A stretch of 33,308 bases of DNA from Candidatus Micrarchaeota archaeon (GCA_025058915.1 JANXEC010000002.1:1-33308); one strand, 5' to 3'. Positions 17,404 through 30,221 are shown, numbered from the stretch's first letter. The notes: a model not told the origin generated them from the letters alone. Numbers and translations: made by a program.

Positions 17404-18437
17404 GTATTGAGACCAGGCTAAATCTCATAAGGAGAAGACCAACAGAGGAGATAGTTAACGAAGAGTCTCTAATACAGAGACTATCCACTGGAGGTAGGAT
17501 AAAACACTATATCGGATTTGAAGTCTCTGGATTGATACATCTAGGTACTGTATCAACTCTCCTGAAGATCCAAGATCTCAGGAGAGCTGGCGTGGATGTG
17601 AATATATTCATAGCAGATTATCATAGTTGGATAAATCGCAAATTCGGAGGAGATCTGGAACTCATAAGGAAGATTGCTAATGAATATTTCAAACCATTCC
17701 TGGAGGCTCTAGGTATAGAGGCTAATTACATCATGGCATCTGAACTCTATGACAATGAATACTGGAAGATGGTTATACAGATAGGTAATTCTAGCACTGT
17801 GAGCAGAGTCAGGAGAACCCTAACGATAATGGGTAGGGAAGATGCCGATAGTAATCCTGTATCTTTCTTTATTTATCCTCTCATGCAGGCTGCAGATATA
17901 TTTAGATTGGATGTAGATATTGCTCATGCGGGTATGGATCAGAGAAAAGTACACATGCTTGCTATCGATGTGGCAAAGAAGATAGGCAAGCCTGAGCCCA
18001 TATGTTTACACACCCATCTTATACCTGCACTGGATTATGATGGTAGGATGGATATAGTTGATGCTAAGATGAGTAAGAGCAAGGAGGGAGGGGCCATATT
18101 CATACATGATTCTGAAGAACAGATCAAGGAGAAAATTTCTAAGGCATATGCTCCACAGAGGACACTTGAGAACAATGTGGTTTATGAGATCTTGAAATGG
18201 ATGCTTGTGAGAGATGATACTGAAGAGTTTACTATTCATAGAGACATGAAATTCGGAGGGGATATAACTATCACAATCCCAGAGTTTGAGAGACTCTATA
18301 CTGAAGGTAAAATACATCCTGCAGATGTAAAGAGATACGTGTATGAGAGACTGGTTGAGATGCTCAGGCCTGCAAGAGAGTTGACAGAGAGAAAGAGAGA
18401 ATTGGTTGAGTTTGTGAAGGCTGCCAGAACAAGGTAA
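17400..18437 (+). CDS. tyrS: Tyrosyl-tRNA synthetase (archaeal type)
   Basis: YIGFEVSGLIHLG, ADYH, YPLMQAADIF, GMDQRKVH, KMSKS and IHPADVK. Confidence 0.95.
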   Translation: MSIETRLNLIRRRPTEEIVNEESLIQRLSTGGRIKHYIGFEVSGLIHLGTVSTLLKIQDLRRAGVDVNIFIADYHSWINRKFGGDLELIRKIANEYFKPFLEALGIEANYIMASELYDNEYWKMVIQIGNSSTVSRVRRTLTIMGREDADSNPVSFFIYPLMQAADIFRLDVDIAHAGMDQRKVHMLAIDVAKKIGKPEPICLHTHLIPALDYDGRMDIVDAKMSKSKEGGAIFIHDSEEQIKEKISKAYAPQRTLENNVVYEILKWMLVRDDTEEFTIHRDMKFGGDITITIPEFERLYTEGKIHPADVKRYVYERLVEMLRPARELTERKRELVEFVKAARTR

Positions 18438-18470
18438 ATTTAAAAACTCTTGTATGGTCTAAAATTAAAC

Positions 18471-18869
18471 ATGCATGTAGTTGAAACCAGAGCAGATCTA
18501 CTGATCAGAAAGTTAGCTGAGAGACTCAAGGGTGAACTACCCAAACCAGAATGGGTGGATTATGTTAAGGCAGGGGTGTATGCGGAGAGACCTCCTGAGA
18601 GCGAGGATTTCTGGTGGATCAGAGCTGCAGCTATCATGAGAAAACTATATCTCAATGGATCTATAGGGGTGAGTAGGATGAGAAGGCTGTATGGTAAGAG
18701 GAAGAAGAGGGGGGTAAAGCCAGAACACAGATATCCAGCAGGAGGTAAGATAATAAGAAATATATTTCAGGGTCTTGAGAGGCTTGGTTATGTTAAGAGA
18801 ACTGAGAGAGGGAGAGAACTTACTGGGAAAGGGAGAGCTCTCTTGGATGAACTGGCTAAAGGACTATGA
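18471..18869 (+). CDS. rps19e: 30S ribosomal protein S19e (eS19)
   Basis: PEWVDYVKAG...ERPP...WWIRAAAIMRKLY and GKIIRNIFQGLE...GRELT. Start set to ATG 18471 (TATA box at 18439). Confidence 0.95.
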   Translation: MHVVETRADLLIRKLAERLKGELPKPEWVDYVKAGVYAERPPESEDFWWIRAAAIMRKLYLNGSIGVSRMRRLYGKRKKRGVKPEHRYPAGGKIIRNIFQGLERLGYVKRTERGRELTGKGRALLDELAKGL

Positions 18870-19147
18870 AAACAGACGATCCAGAGAATCAGGATCAGAA
18901 CAAACTCGTAGAGGAAATAAAACTGAAGAGATTTCTGTCTCAAGCACTATCTCCAGAAGCATATAGCAGGTTGATGAATGTTAAGGTTGCCAATCCAGAG
19001 TTGTTCCAGAGAGCATCTGCTTTGATAATACAGTATTACTCGAGATATCACAAGAGGATAGACGAGAGAGAATTGATAGAGCTACTGAAACAGATCATAG
19101 GGAGAGATGATAGTGATAGGGGAGGTATAATAATAAGGAGAAAGTGA
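18866..19147 (+). CDS. PDCD5-like double-stranded DNA-binding protein
   Basis: LSPEAYSRLMNVKVANPE and C-terminal IIIRRK. Lies at the conserved position downstream of rps19e. Confidence 0.88.
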   Translation: MKTDDPENQDQNKLVEEIKLKRFLSQALSPEAYSRLMNVKVANPELFQRASALIIQYYSRYHKRIDERELIELLKQIIGRDDSDRGGIIIRRK

Positions 19148-19153
19148 TGATTT

Positions 19154-19161
19154 TTTAAAAA
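19154..19161 (+). promoter_or_regulatory. TATA box of the six-paralog membrane operon
   Basis: TTTAAAAA 30 nt before ATG 19184, about the same spacing as before rpoK, mae and rps19e. Confidence 0.65.
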
Positions 19162-19183
19162 GTGTTCTAAATAATAAAAATAG

Positions 19184-20722
19184 ATGGGGGTAATAGATAT
19201 AATTTTGCTCAATATACCAATGCTTGCAATAGGTTTAGGTATTGGTATATCTATATCGGTAATGATGTATTTCTATAATGTTATATTCAACAAAGACCAA
19301 GCAAAAGCACTCGATACAACCAAAGATGTTCTCATAATTGTACTATATATAGCCATGCTGTTTGTTATAGATGGATTCTACGGAATGTTTCTATCGAGTT
19401 GGTTAGGGATAAGTGCAACATCTTCAAGTGGCCTCAGAATCGCAGAGGCGGTTATATACAAAGACATAGACAAATTCAGAGAGACATTGTTCTATATCTA
19501 CATAACTGATTTCCTGTTCAGTCTAGCAGGATCTTTCAATGCTCACTTACATGTTGGCCTGAACCCAGAGCAGAGCAAACTATCTGGATCATCCATAATC
19601 AGAGGATTGGCAGGTCCATTTGCCAGTATGATGGGAGGGAAGGCTGCAGTGGATCCGTACAAAGCAGACATATCGATCGATCTTATGGGTAAGATGGGAT
19701 CTAGTATTCAGTTGCTCTACAATGCATCATATGGATTGTTCCTGGTATTAGTATATAAATACATCAAATTAACAGTAATCACCTATTTGCCTCTGATTAT
19801 GTCTATATTTATACCCATGGCCCTGGTGTTGTTGTTCATCCCTATCACTAGAAAGGTAGGTCTCACTATCATAGGTTTGGCAATAACCCTCTACTATCTC
19901 TTCCCAGTCTTCATTATATACTCAGACACTGTTCTTAGGAGGATGCCTGATTTTGATCATAGATACATATCATCGTACATATCCCCTACAATCGTAGAAT
20001 TTCTAGATAGATCCTATTCACCTAACAATCCATCACAGAGTATAGGATATAAATATGCATTTCTGGAGAGGGAAAGAAGAATTGCAAGTGTGATGAATGA
20101 TTATGTGTTCCTGGAGCAAGATACTAGTAACATTATGGAACCTGATAAGAATAATATTTTAGCCAACAGAACCAAAGAGGGCATGGGTATTATGTATGTA
20201 TATTCCTTCGTTGATGCACAATCTGTATGTGAGAGGAATGTTTATGACACAGAGGTTTGTAAGGAGTACCAAACACAGAATGTAGGGGATTTCAGATCAG
20301 AAAACGCATTAGCTCCTGTGGGATCTTTCTACATGAATGTTGTAAAGTATTCTGGATTGGTTAGGATGAGTGCTGGGTTGGCAGAATTGTCTAAGGTTAT
20401 CAAAGGAACTACTCCCCTGACTATGATCATAGGGAGTATGCTGGGGATCGCTTTGAACATTCTCTCATTTGCACTGTATGCAAGTATGCTCCTACCTATA
20501 CCTGGTCTATCGCAGATACTCTATGGATTCTTGGGTATTCCATTCTTACCATTCCTACTCTTCAAGACTGCACTGGAGGCAGCTCTGATAGCATACAAAG
20601 TTATTATATATGGATCAATTACTATCTTTTTAGATATATTTCTCATAATAACAGGCTACAGAGCAGTGGCATCTGTGATAGGGGCCGAACAGAGAATATT
20701 AGGATTGGAGAAGGTGTTGTAG
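19184..20722 (+). CDS. Multi-pass membrane protein, paralog 1 of 6 (CedA/VirB6-like by inference)
   Basis: Core motif IPMALVLLFIPITRKVGLTIIGLAITLYYLFP, a large soluble loop with a Cys pair, and C-terminus ASVIGAEQRILGLEKVL. Confidence 0.75.
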   Translation: MGVIDIILLNIPMLAIGLGIGISISVMMYFYNVIFNKDQAKALDTTKDVLIIVLYIAMLFVIDGFYGMFLSSWLGISATSSSGLRIAEAVIYKDIDKFRETLFYIYITDFLFSLAGSFNAHLHVGLNPEQSKLSGSSIIRGLAGPFASMMGGKAAVDPYKADISIDLMGKMGSSIQLLYNASYGLFLVLVYKYIKLTVITYLPLIMSIFIPMALVLLFIPITRKVGLTIIGLAITLYYLFPVFIIYSDTVLRRMPDFDHRYISSYISPTIVEFLDRSYSPNNPSQSIGYKYAFLERERRIASVMNDYVFLEQDTSNIMEPDKNNILANRTKEGMGIMYVYSFVDAQSVCERNVYDTEVCKEYQTQNVGDFRSENALAPVGSFYMNVVKYSGLVRMSAGLAELSKVIKGTTPLTMIIGSMLGIALNILSFALYASMLLPIPGLSQILYGFLGIPFLPFLLFKTALEAALIAYKVIIYGSITIFLDIFLIITGYRAVASVIGAEQRILGLEKVL

Positions 20723-21811
20723 ATGGGTTCTATCCTAGGGAGTCTAGGTACATTCACCATGACATTAATAGGAATAGTAGTAGTGTATATGGTATTACTT
20801 TATGTTCTATCTAGACTGGCTAAGAATGAGGAGTGGAACCAGAATTTCAAGATAGAATTCAAACAGCTCCTCCTGAGTATTATGATATATGTAAGTATAT
20901 TTGGAATATCAAACGCAGTGCATCAACTGTATTCAACGTATTCTGTAGGTACAGATCTTTTCAGTTTCATATCAACCCAACTCATAATGATGTTGAAGAA
21001 CCTGCAATTCTATGCCTCTCATCTCATGCTATCTGCTAGTATGATGAAAATGTATGGAGAGTTTACAAATATAGGTTATCCACATGGATCATATGGATCT
21101 GCAAGGTTAGTAGCTTTCCCTGGGATTGATCTGTTGGCATCTGTAACGTTTCAGATAAGAGATATCATAATGATAGCTACGGGTGGATTGGTGGTTCAGT
21201 CCGTGGCTATGGATCTGATCAGAAACTTAGCCCTTACAGTGGTATTACCCATAGGCGTTATACTTAGAATATTACCCATCACGAGACAGTTTGGTAATGA
21301 GATGATAGGTCTGAGTGTAGCGATGTACCTCATATTACCTCTGATGTATTTTGTTTTTCTTAACACAATTGCAGAGATCAGCGATGATAGAGGAGGATTC
21401 ATGAAGAGATTCACAAACCAATATCTAGGTCTGAATTCTAATGACGTAATAGAACCAGACAAGATATTTGTGAACCTCATGAATAATAAATCCAATAATG
21501 GCATTGAACAGGGAGAGAGAACTCTGAAGGACTATTTCGATACATACTACAAGAGAGAGATCGACAGAGAGATTCAGGAGAAAACATCAACTCCTGATGA
21601 AATATACAGAACTTTTGAAGTCTACATGACAATCAGTCTGATCCAATCTAGCTTTGTGATAACTCTACCCATACAGTTCCTATTCATGTATTCTCTGTAT
21701 CTATATGCATCTGGATTTCTAGTGTTTGGTTTCGGTTTGCCTGGATTTGCTCTAGCAATAACACTGACCGCTGCAAAGAGCATAAGAGATTCACTAGAGA
21801 GGTTGGTATAA
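20723..21811 (+). CDS. Multi-pass membrane protein, paralog 2 of 6
   Basis: Core motif LPIGVILRILPITRQFGNEMIGLSVAMYLILP and C-terminus SIRDSLERLV. Confidence 0.75.
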   Translation: MGSILGSLGTFTMTLIGIVVVYMVLLYVLSRLAKNEEWNQNFKIEFKQLLLSIMIYVSIFGISNAVHQLYSTYSVGTDLFSFISTQLIMMLKNLQFYASHLMLSASMMKMYGEFTNIGYPHGSYGSARLVAFPGIDLLASVTFQIRDIIMIATGGLVVQSVAMDLIRNLALTVVLPIGVILRILPITRQFGNEMIGLSVAMYLILPLMYFVFLNTIAEISDDRGGFMKRFTNQYLGLNSNDVIEPDKIFVNLMNNKSNNGIEQGERTLKDYFDTYYKREIDREIQEKTSTPDEIYRTFEVYMTISLIQSSFVITLPIQFLFMYSLYLYASGFLVFGFGLPGFALAITLTAAKSIRDSLERLV

Positions 21812-21812
21812 G

Positions 21813-23015
21813 ATGAACCCTATCTTCCAAGCGATCATGCCTGTGGTGTTGCTATCTATTCTTATATACATAATCGCCCAATTGGTTGCTAGAGTGCTGA
21901 ATAAACCAGATGTGGTTGGATATATGAATTCCGAACTACTTGGAATATTGATATTTTTGACTATATTAGTTACATTGGTTCATGTGATAGATCTAATTGT
22001 TTATGGAAGTGTTTCGATTCTCAATCCAACTGCAAAACAAGACATATGTGATGCAAACGGAATATCCATACACAGATGTCATGTTACTATTGCTGGATAT
22101 TTCTTAGAGAGTATTCTGAGAGAACTTACGGATTACTATATACAACTGAATTCTCTATCGTTGATTGTAAGTTTTGTCAAGTCACTCTATGGAGTGAAGG
22201 CAATTCAGGGAGATAAGTTTGTGAAACTGAATTTCATGGGATTTGTACACATACCCGAATCCTACATAGATCCATTGATAGGTTTGACACAGAGTATGTT
22301 ACAGTTTGGGATAGCACAGTTTATGATATTATGGTACATTACATCACCCCAATTCTTCGTTGGATTCTTAAGTCTAGGTTTGGTATTGAGATTGTTTGCA
22401 CCAACCAAGAGTGCTGGTGGTTTGATAATAGCTCTGGTGTTAGGGCTATATTATGTATTTCCTATGGCATATGTTTTGATAGATGTTCATTACAGAAATG
22501 CATACGATGGAACATATGGTTTTAACAAGATCAATACTTTTAGAATCACAGATCATCTCCTATCAGCATTTGGATTACCATTTTCTAGTGAAATAGAAGG
22601 GGCTATAAATGCCCTGAGAGAGGTACAGAGATCATATGACGGGTCTCAGTCAGGCACTTCCAATCCAGATTCTGCAGCATCATCAGTAGCAGGATCTATA
22701 TCATATCTATCTAGTCTAGTAGCATTGATTATGAAAATATCTGTGATAGTGAGTGCTCTCTTCATACCTCAATTGCTCTCTTTCATACCTGGAATTATAA
22801 CAGGATATACTCTGTTGGCAGATGTGTCCCCACAGGTTTTCTTGGGGAGTGTGGTGAGAGTACCTGTGATACTTCTAAACATATATACTGAGTTCTTCCT
22901 TATCTTTGCAGTACTGATCTACATATCTCTGATCAGTACTATTGCTTTTATTAAAACATTCTCTCCTATATTGGGTGGTGACGTTGAGATTGCTGGTATT
23001 ACTCGTTTTATTTAG
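21813..23015 (+). CDS. Multi-pass membrane protein, paralog 3 of 6
   Basis: Core motif LSLGLVLRLFAPTKSAGGLIIALVLGLYYVFP and C-terminus SPILGGDVEIAGITRFI. Confidence 0.75.
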   Translation: MNPIFQAIMPVVLLSILIYIIAQLVARVLNKPDVVGYMNSELLGILIFLTILVTLVHVIDLIVYGSVSILNPTAKQDICDANGISIHRCHVTIAGYFLESILRELTDYYIQLNSLSLIVSFVKSLYGVKAIQGDKFVKLNFMGFVHIPESYIDPLIGLTQSMLQFGIAQFMILWYITSPQFFVGFLSLGLVLRLFAPTKSAGGLIIALVLGLYYVFPMAYVLIDVHYRNAYDGTYGFNKINTFRITDHLLSAFGLPFSSEIEGAINALREVQRSYDGSQSGTSNPDSAASSVAGSISYLSSLVALIMKISVIVSALFIPQLLSFIPGIITGYTLLADVSPQVFLGSVVRVPVILLNIYTEFFLIFAVLIYISLISTIAFIKTFSPILGGDVEIAGITRFI

Positions 23016-24252
23016 TGTATTTGTATATGCATCTAGTTGCGATCAGGGTGGATTTATCAGTGAGGAGTGTCTAGAGAGAGATATATTTGGAAAATTCGAC
23101 CAGAATTCATTTGAAGCAGCTATCAAGAAGATATTTCAAGATACCAAAACCAGCACTATGAACATGATAGAGAATTTTATAGTTAATGTGATAGCTCCAT
23201 ACACAGTATGTAAATCCACCAATCCGGTGGATGCAACCACACTACTCAACACCACAGCAGTTATAGTATTCATATCGATGATGCTAGTGTTTATACTGAA
23301 TGGAGTTGCATCTATGCTTGGTAGTCAGTGGAGGATCTCTGTACTAGAGGAGGGATTACAGGGATTGATATCTATCCTCGTGGTTCTGATTATAGTGTCT
23401 GTTCTGAATTACTACACTACTAACAATATATTCCAAGAATCCAAGAAGTACATAGTGAATCTGATTGTTAATTTCTCGTTCTTCACAATGCTACTGAAGA
23501 CTCTTGAGACTATGATGATTGGATTATCAAACCTAACTTTGCCATTTGGACCTCCCGATGCCAGAGGGATATTCAGTATATCCTTCTCCCAACTCTTCAC
23601 AATCATCTTCAAATCTCTAGATGTGATAAAGGGATTCTTCAGTCTAGGAATTCTGGAATACGTGTTTAAATTGTTCATCCTATGTATCGGACCTCATGTG
23701 ATAATACAGATATTACTCCCTGTAGGCATACTCATGAGAGCATTCTACTTCACAAGACCAGGAGGAAATGTGTTGGTGGGTATATCAATAGCCTTCATAA
23801 TGATATATCCTATCATAATGTATGTATATTCAAAAATCTACAACAGTATTTCGATGATATGGGATGTATACTTAACAGAATCTGTGTATAGACTTTTGGT
23901 AGGTATTATGGGAGGAATAGCTATTGTATTAATACCTCTAGCCATAAAGGCATTCATAGGCATGACCTTTAACCAAATAGCAAACATTGCAGGTATAGCA
24001 AACATATGGATGGCAATCAGGAGAAATGTAGAGATAATTAATATGAATTCATTTGGAATAGCATCAGTATTGAATCTAACTCAAATAGTACCTGTTCTGT
24101 ACTATCTGGTATTTGGATATCTCCAGCTCGCACTGATCTTCGGAGCAATACTAGGTCCTCTAGCCCTATACCTCACAGTATCCTTAACAGGTCAGATAAG
24201 CAGAGCTCTTGGTACTGAGATAAACATAGCTGCTCTGTCGAGGTTGATATAA
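22984..24252 (+). CDS. Multi-pass membrane protein, paralog 4 of 6, with probable signal peptide; start uncertain (22942-22984)
   Basis: TTG 22984 after GGTGGTGA gives MRLLVLLVLFSVFVYA|SSC. Core motif LPVGILMRAFYFTRPGGNVLVGISIAFIMIYP and C-terminus SRALGTEINIAALSRLI. Confidence 0.72.
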   Translation: MRLLVLLVLFSVFVYASSCDQGGFISEECLERDIFGKFDQNSFEAAIKKIFQDTKTSTMNMIENFIVNVIAPYTVCKSTNPVDATTLLNTTAVIVFISMMLVFILNGVASMLGSQWRISVLEEGLQGLISILVVLIIVSVLNYYTTNNIFQESKKYIVNLIVNFSFFTMLLKTLETMMIGLSNLTLPFGPPDARGIFSISFSQLFTIIFKSLDVIKGFFSLGILEYVFKLFILCIGPHVIIQILLPVGILMRAFYFTRPGGNVLVGISIAFIMIYPIIMYVYSKIYNSISMIWDVYLTESVYRLLVGIMGGIAIVLIPLAIKAFIGMTFNQIANIAGIANIWMAIRRNVEIINMNSFGIASVLNLTQIVPVLYYLVFGYLQLALIFGAILGPLALYLTVSLTGQISRALGTEINIAALSRLI

Positions 24253-24253
24253 T

Positions 24254-25639
24254 ATGAGCATCTCACATGATAAACCCAACATAGATGAGAATGCAATACA
24301 GATGAATGTAGACCAGATGATAGGTTTGTTATCGAGTACATGCACAGATCCTATCAAAGATAGATGTAGAATGGAGGATCAGACCATAGCAGAGATATTC
24401 GAATCTATCAAACCTCAACTGGGATTGTTCAGTAAAGCTATAGACGAGGCTGTTGACAAGGCTATAGGGAATCTCTACAGACTAGGAGCAGGAGGCATGG
24501 GGATATTCGAAGATAAATACTGTGGATACGTACAGAATCTTGGTTATATTACATCGATGATAGGTTGGGGAATGATAGTGGTATTGTCTTACATTTTAAT
24601 AGACTTCATTGCTAGGATCATAGGGAACTCAAAATACTCTGCAATAGCAAGGAGAGAGATATTTGAAATAATAATACTCATCCCGCTCCTACTGGCATTG
24701 CTCAATCTACCTTGTGTGTTGAGGTTGAATGATAATGTTCCTATACACTCAAAGTCTCTTCTATATATACATTCTGCTATTATTTCCTCTATGATATCCA
24801 TAATACCGATCAGTTACTATGGAGCCAGTGTTGCAATGCATTCAATAACGATAGTCCAGAACCTAGGGGGAGGTGCACCTCAGACGGCTCCTCTTGCAGC
24901 CCAATACTATGAATCTGCTCTATCTCTGGCCAAGCAGGCAGCAACATTTCTCACTCTATCTTTCATATGGGTAGGTACATTTGGATTTATGTTTGATATA
25001 TTCACATATGGATTTGTGAAGTACCTACTACCAATAGCCATAATTCTAAGATCAATTCCATTCACAAAGAGTCTAGGGGGTGGTCTGATTGGATTGATCA
25101 TAGCAACTAATTTATTCATCCCTATCATCCTATCTGTGAACTACGAACTCATAAAGATGTTTGGGCCAGGTTATTTCTACTACTCTGGAAACAATGTTAA
25201 GTTCAAGTTCAATCCATGGATTGAGATGGTTATTCATATATTTGCAGGTTTTGTGATCCTCATGTCAATACTTCAGTTGTTGATGGGATTCAGATTGTTT
25301 ATAGACGTAATCAATGCAATTCAGAGATTTAGGGTCTGGCAATCGATAAGAGAAGGATTTAGGAGATTGCTAGGGTCTCTGGTAGGTCAAGGTGGAGGAG
25401 TGGCATCCACTCTCATAGATATATTCATGGTTATGAGAGTTCTATCGGTACCTACGATCAGAACCTTTGCATTCCAAATACCATTACTGCTGCTGATTGC
25501 ATTCATCGTAGTTGCTGCAATCATATTCAACATTCTCTTACCAACACTCACATTCCTGTTCTTGACATCTACTATTAAGTATCTCTCATCTATGTTTGGT
25601 GAGGAATTTGATCTTGCTAACCTCACGAGGTTGATCTAG
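24254..25639 (+). CDS. Multi-pass membrane protein, paralog 5 of 6
   Basis: Core motif LPIAIILRSIPFTKSLGGGLIGLIIATNLFIP and C-terminus SSMFGEEFDLANLTRLI. Soluble N-terminal extension of about 95 aa. Confidence 0.75.
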   Translation: MSISHDKPNIDENAIQMNVDQMIGLLSSTCTDPIKDRCRMEDQTIAEIFESIKPQLGLFSKAIDEAVDKAIGNLYRLGAGGMGIFEDKYCGYVQNLGYITSMIGWGMIVVLSYILIDFIARIIGNSKYSAIARREIFEIIILIPLLLALLNLPCVLRLNDNVPIHSKSLLYIHSAIISSMISIIPISYYGASVAMHSITIVQNLGGGAPQTAPLAAQYYESALSLAKQAATFLTLSFIWVGTFGFMFDIFTYGFVKYLLPIAIILRSIPFTKSLGGGLIGLIIATNLFIPIILSVNYELIKMFGPGYFYYSGNNVKFKFNPWIEMVIHIFAGFVILMSILQLLMGFRLFIDVINAIQRFRVWQSIREGFRRLLGSLVGQGGGVASTLIDIFMVMRVLSVPTIRTFAFQIPLLLLIAFIVVAAIIFNILLPTLTFLFLTSTIKYLSSMFGEEFDLANLTRLI

Positions 25640-26623
25640 ATGGATCAGTACCAAGTAATAGCAATAGGGATTGCATTCTTGGGTGTTATCATAGGCATTA
25701 TATTGTATCAGATCTCAAAGATCTTCAACCTAGGAGGTCTGAAGAGAATATCCGAGATATTCATATGGGAAGCTGGAGTTACGATACTACTGGCACTATT
25801 CATATTTCTCATAGTAGATAGGATGAATAGTTTTCTATTCGATGTATCCGAGATGATGTATAAAAGTATAGGTAGAGATATTTCCCAGATAACTCCAAAA
25901 ACACCTATGGCTGCTGCCAAGGCAGTCTTGAAGGAACTCATAAATAGTTGTTATCTCAGTACATATGGAATACTAGTACTGAACAGGATCGTACTTGAAT
26001 CCTTAGGATCCTCGATATCGGATTTGGGTGCAGAGGTCGGTAGGCTTCCTACTGCAACTGTGGCATATGCTCTGATATATATTTCAGATCTGCTGAGAAT
26101 AATGTTCTTCCTGCTATGGACCAGTATAGCAATGCTTAAGATCTTCCTATTCTTCTCAGCATACTACCCATTTCTGATCATGTTAGGTATAATTCTGAGA
26201 GCATTTGAACCTACAAAGTCTATGGGAGCATATCTGATCAGTCTAGGCATAGGATTATATATTGTATTACCAACAGCCTATACAGTAGGATTGGTCCTAA
26301 ATTATAATGATTTACTATGCAAATTGCCTGAATCTTTCAGAGGTGATCAGACACTTCAGATGGGGGTGGCAAATGCAATAGATATAGGCGAGAATGCAAA
26401 GAGTTTCATGGGATTTAGTAGTATGTTAGTTATGTTGTCTTCTGGTTTTATAATATTACTGAATCCTAACCTTATGGTATCTCTCATATACTCTGTCATG
26501 TCTCTGGCTCTGATTACTCCTCTGATAGCTTTCATAATAGCCCTGTCCTTTGTGAACATATCTACAACTGCTCTTGGAGGTAGAATAAGTGAAGTTGGTA
26601 GAGGATTGTTCAGATTGGTTTAA
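25640..26623 (+). CDS. Multi-pass membrane protein, paralog 6 of 6
   Basis: Core motif IMLGIILRAFEPTKSMGAYLISLGIGLYIVLP and C-terminus TTALGGRISEVGRGLFRLV. Confidence 0.75.
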   Translation: MDQYQVIAIGIAFLGVIIGIILYQISKIFNLGGLKRISEIFIWEAGVTILLALFIFLIVDRMNSFLFDVSEMMYKSIGRDISQITPKTPMAAAKAVLKELINSCYLSTYGILVLNRIVLESLGSSISDLGAEVGRLPTATVAYALIYISDLLRIMFFLLWTSIAMLKIFLFFSAYYPFLIMLGIILRAFEPTKSMGAYLISLGIGLYIVLPTAYTVGLVLNYNDLLCKLPESFRGDQTLQMGVANAIDIGENAKSFMGFSSMLVMLSSGFIILLNPNLMVSLIYSVMSLALITPLIAFIIALSFVNISTTALGGRISEVGRGLFRLV

Positions 26624-29273
<2,650 letters not shown>

Positions 29274-29312
29274 AATAGCTTTTTATAGAGAATTAACTAC
29301 TTAAAAGAAACT

Positions 29313-30215
29313 ATGATAGTCATAACTGGAGGAAAAGGTTTTATAGGAGGACATCTATACGATTATGCAATCCAACACGAGCAGGAGGTAATAGTTATAG
29401 ATAATCTCTCCCATCCCTCCCAAAGATCCACTCACATACCATTCATTAGGCTAGATCTAGCGAATGATAATATTTACTATTTGAAAGATGTTGATGTTAT
29501 ATATCATCTTGCTGCAGACATATCTGTGATCAACAGTATGAAAAATCCACTATACACTTACAGAAACAACATGATGTCTCTACTTAACATGCTCGAGTTG
29601 GCTAGAAAGAAAGATGCCAAGTTTGTTTTCTCCAGTTCTGCAGCAGTATATGGAAACACCCCTGAAGGGATCAAGGTTGATGAAACTTTTCCTCTAAGAC
29701 CCACTAGTGTATATGGACTGTCTAAACTACATGGTGAACACCTAATAGAGATGTATCATCAGAACTATGGTATTGATTATTGTATTCTGAGGTATTCGAA
29801 TGTGTATGGCCCTGGAGCTGATCTGGAAGGAGGGGTTATATCTAAGTTTACTAGCAAGATGTTGAGGAATGAACAAGTTGAAATATACGGAGATCCTGTG
29901 AGAGATTTTATATATGTTGATGATGTAGCGAAGATTACCTACCTAGCTAGATATCACACAGGAAAATACAATCTTAGCAGTGGAGTGCCAACCAGGATAA
30001 TCGATCTTTTCAACAGTCTATCAAGACTTACAAATTATACTAAAACTCCAATCCTCCAACCCCAGAGACAGGGCGAGATAAAATACAGTGTCCTTGATAA
30101 TAAAAAACTCATGACGGAATTCAAAGATTCACTGGAGAGGTATTCTGTATCTCTAACTCCTCTTGAACTAGGATTAAGAAGAACAGTTGAATATATAAAG
30201 TCTTTGTTCAGATAA
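29313..30215 (+). CDS. NAD-dependent nucleotide-sugar epimerase/dehydratase (GalE-like extended SDR)
   Basis: TGGKGFIG, HLAA, SSSAAVYG, YGLSK, RYSNVYGP and RDFIYVDD. Confidence 0.9.
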   Translation: MIVITGGKGFIGGHLYDYAIQHEQEVIVIDNLSHPSQRSTHIPFIRLDLANDNIYYLKDVDVIYHLAADISVINSMKNPLYTYRNNMMSLLNMLELARKKDAKFVFSSSAAVYGNTPEGIKVDETFPLRPTSVYGLSKLHGEHLIEMYHQNYGIDYCILRYSNVYGPGADLEGGVISKFTSKMLRNEQVEIYGDPVRDFIYVDDVAKITYLARYHTGKYNLSSGVPTRIIDLFNSLSRLTNYTKTPILQPQRQGEIKYSVLDNKKLMTEFKDSLERYSVSLTPLELGLRRTVEYIKSLFR

Positions 30216-30221
30216 TAACTC

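Noticed and set aside
19184..26623. Integrated conjugative element or provirus
   Set aside because: No integrase, relaxase, VirB4/VirD4, capsid genes or att repeats seen, and the joins to core genes are tight.
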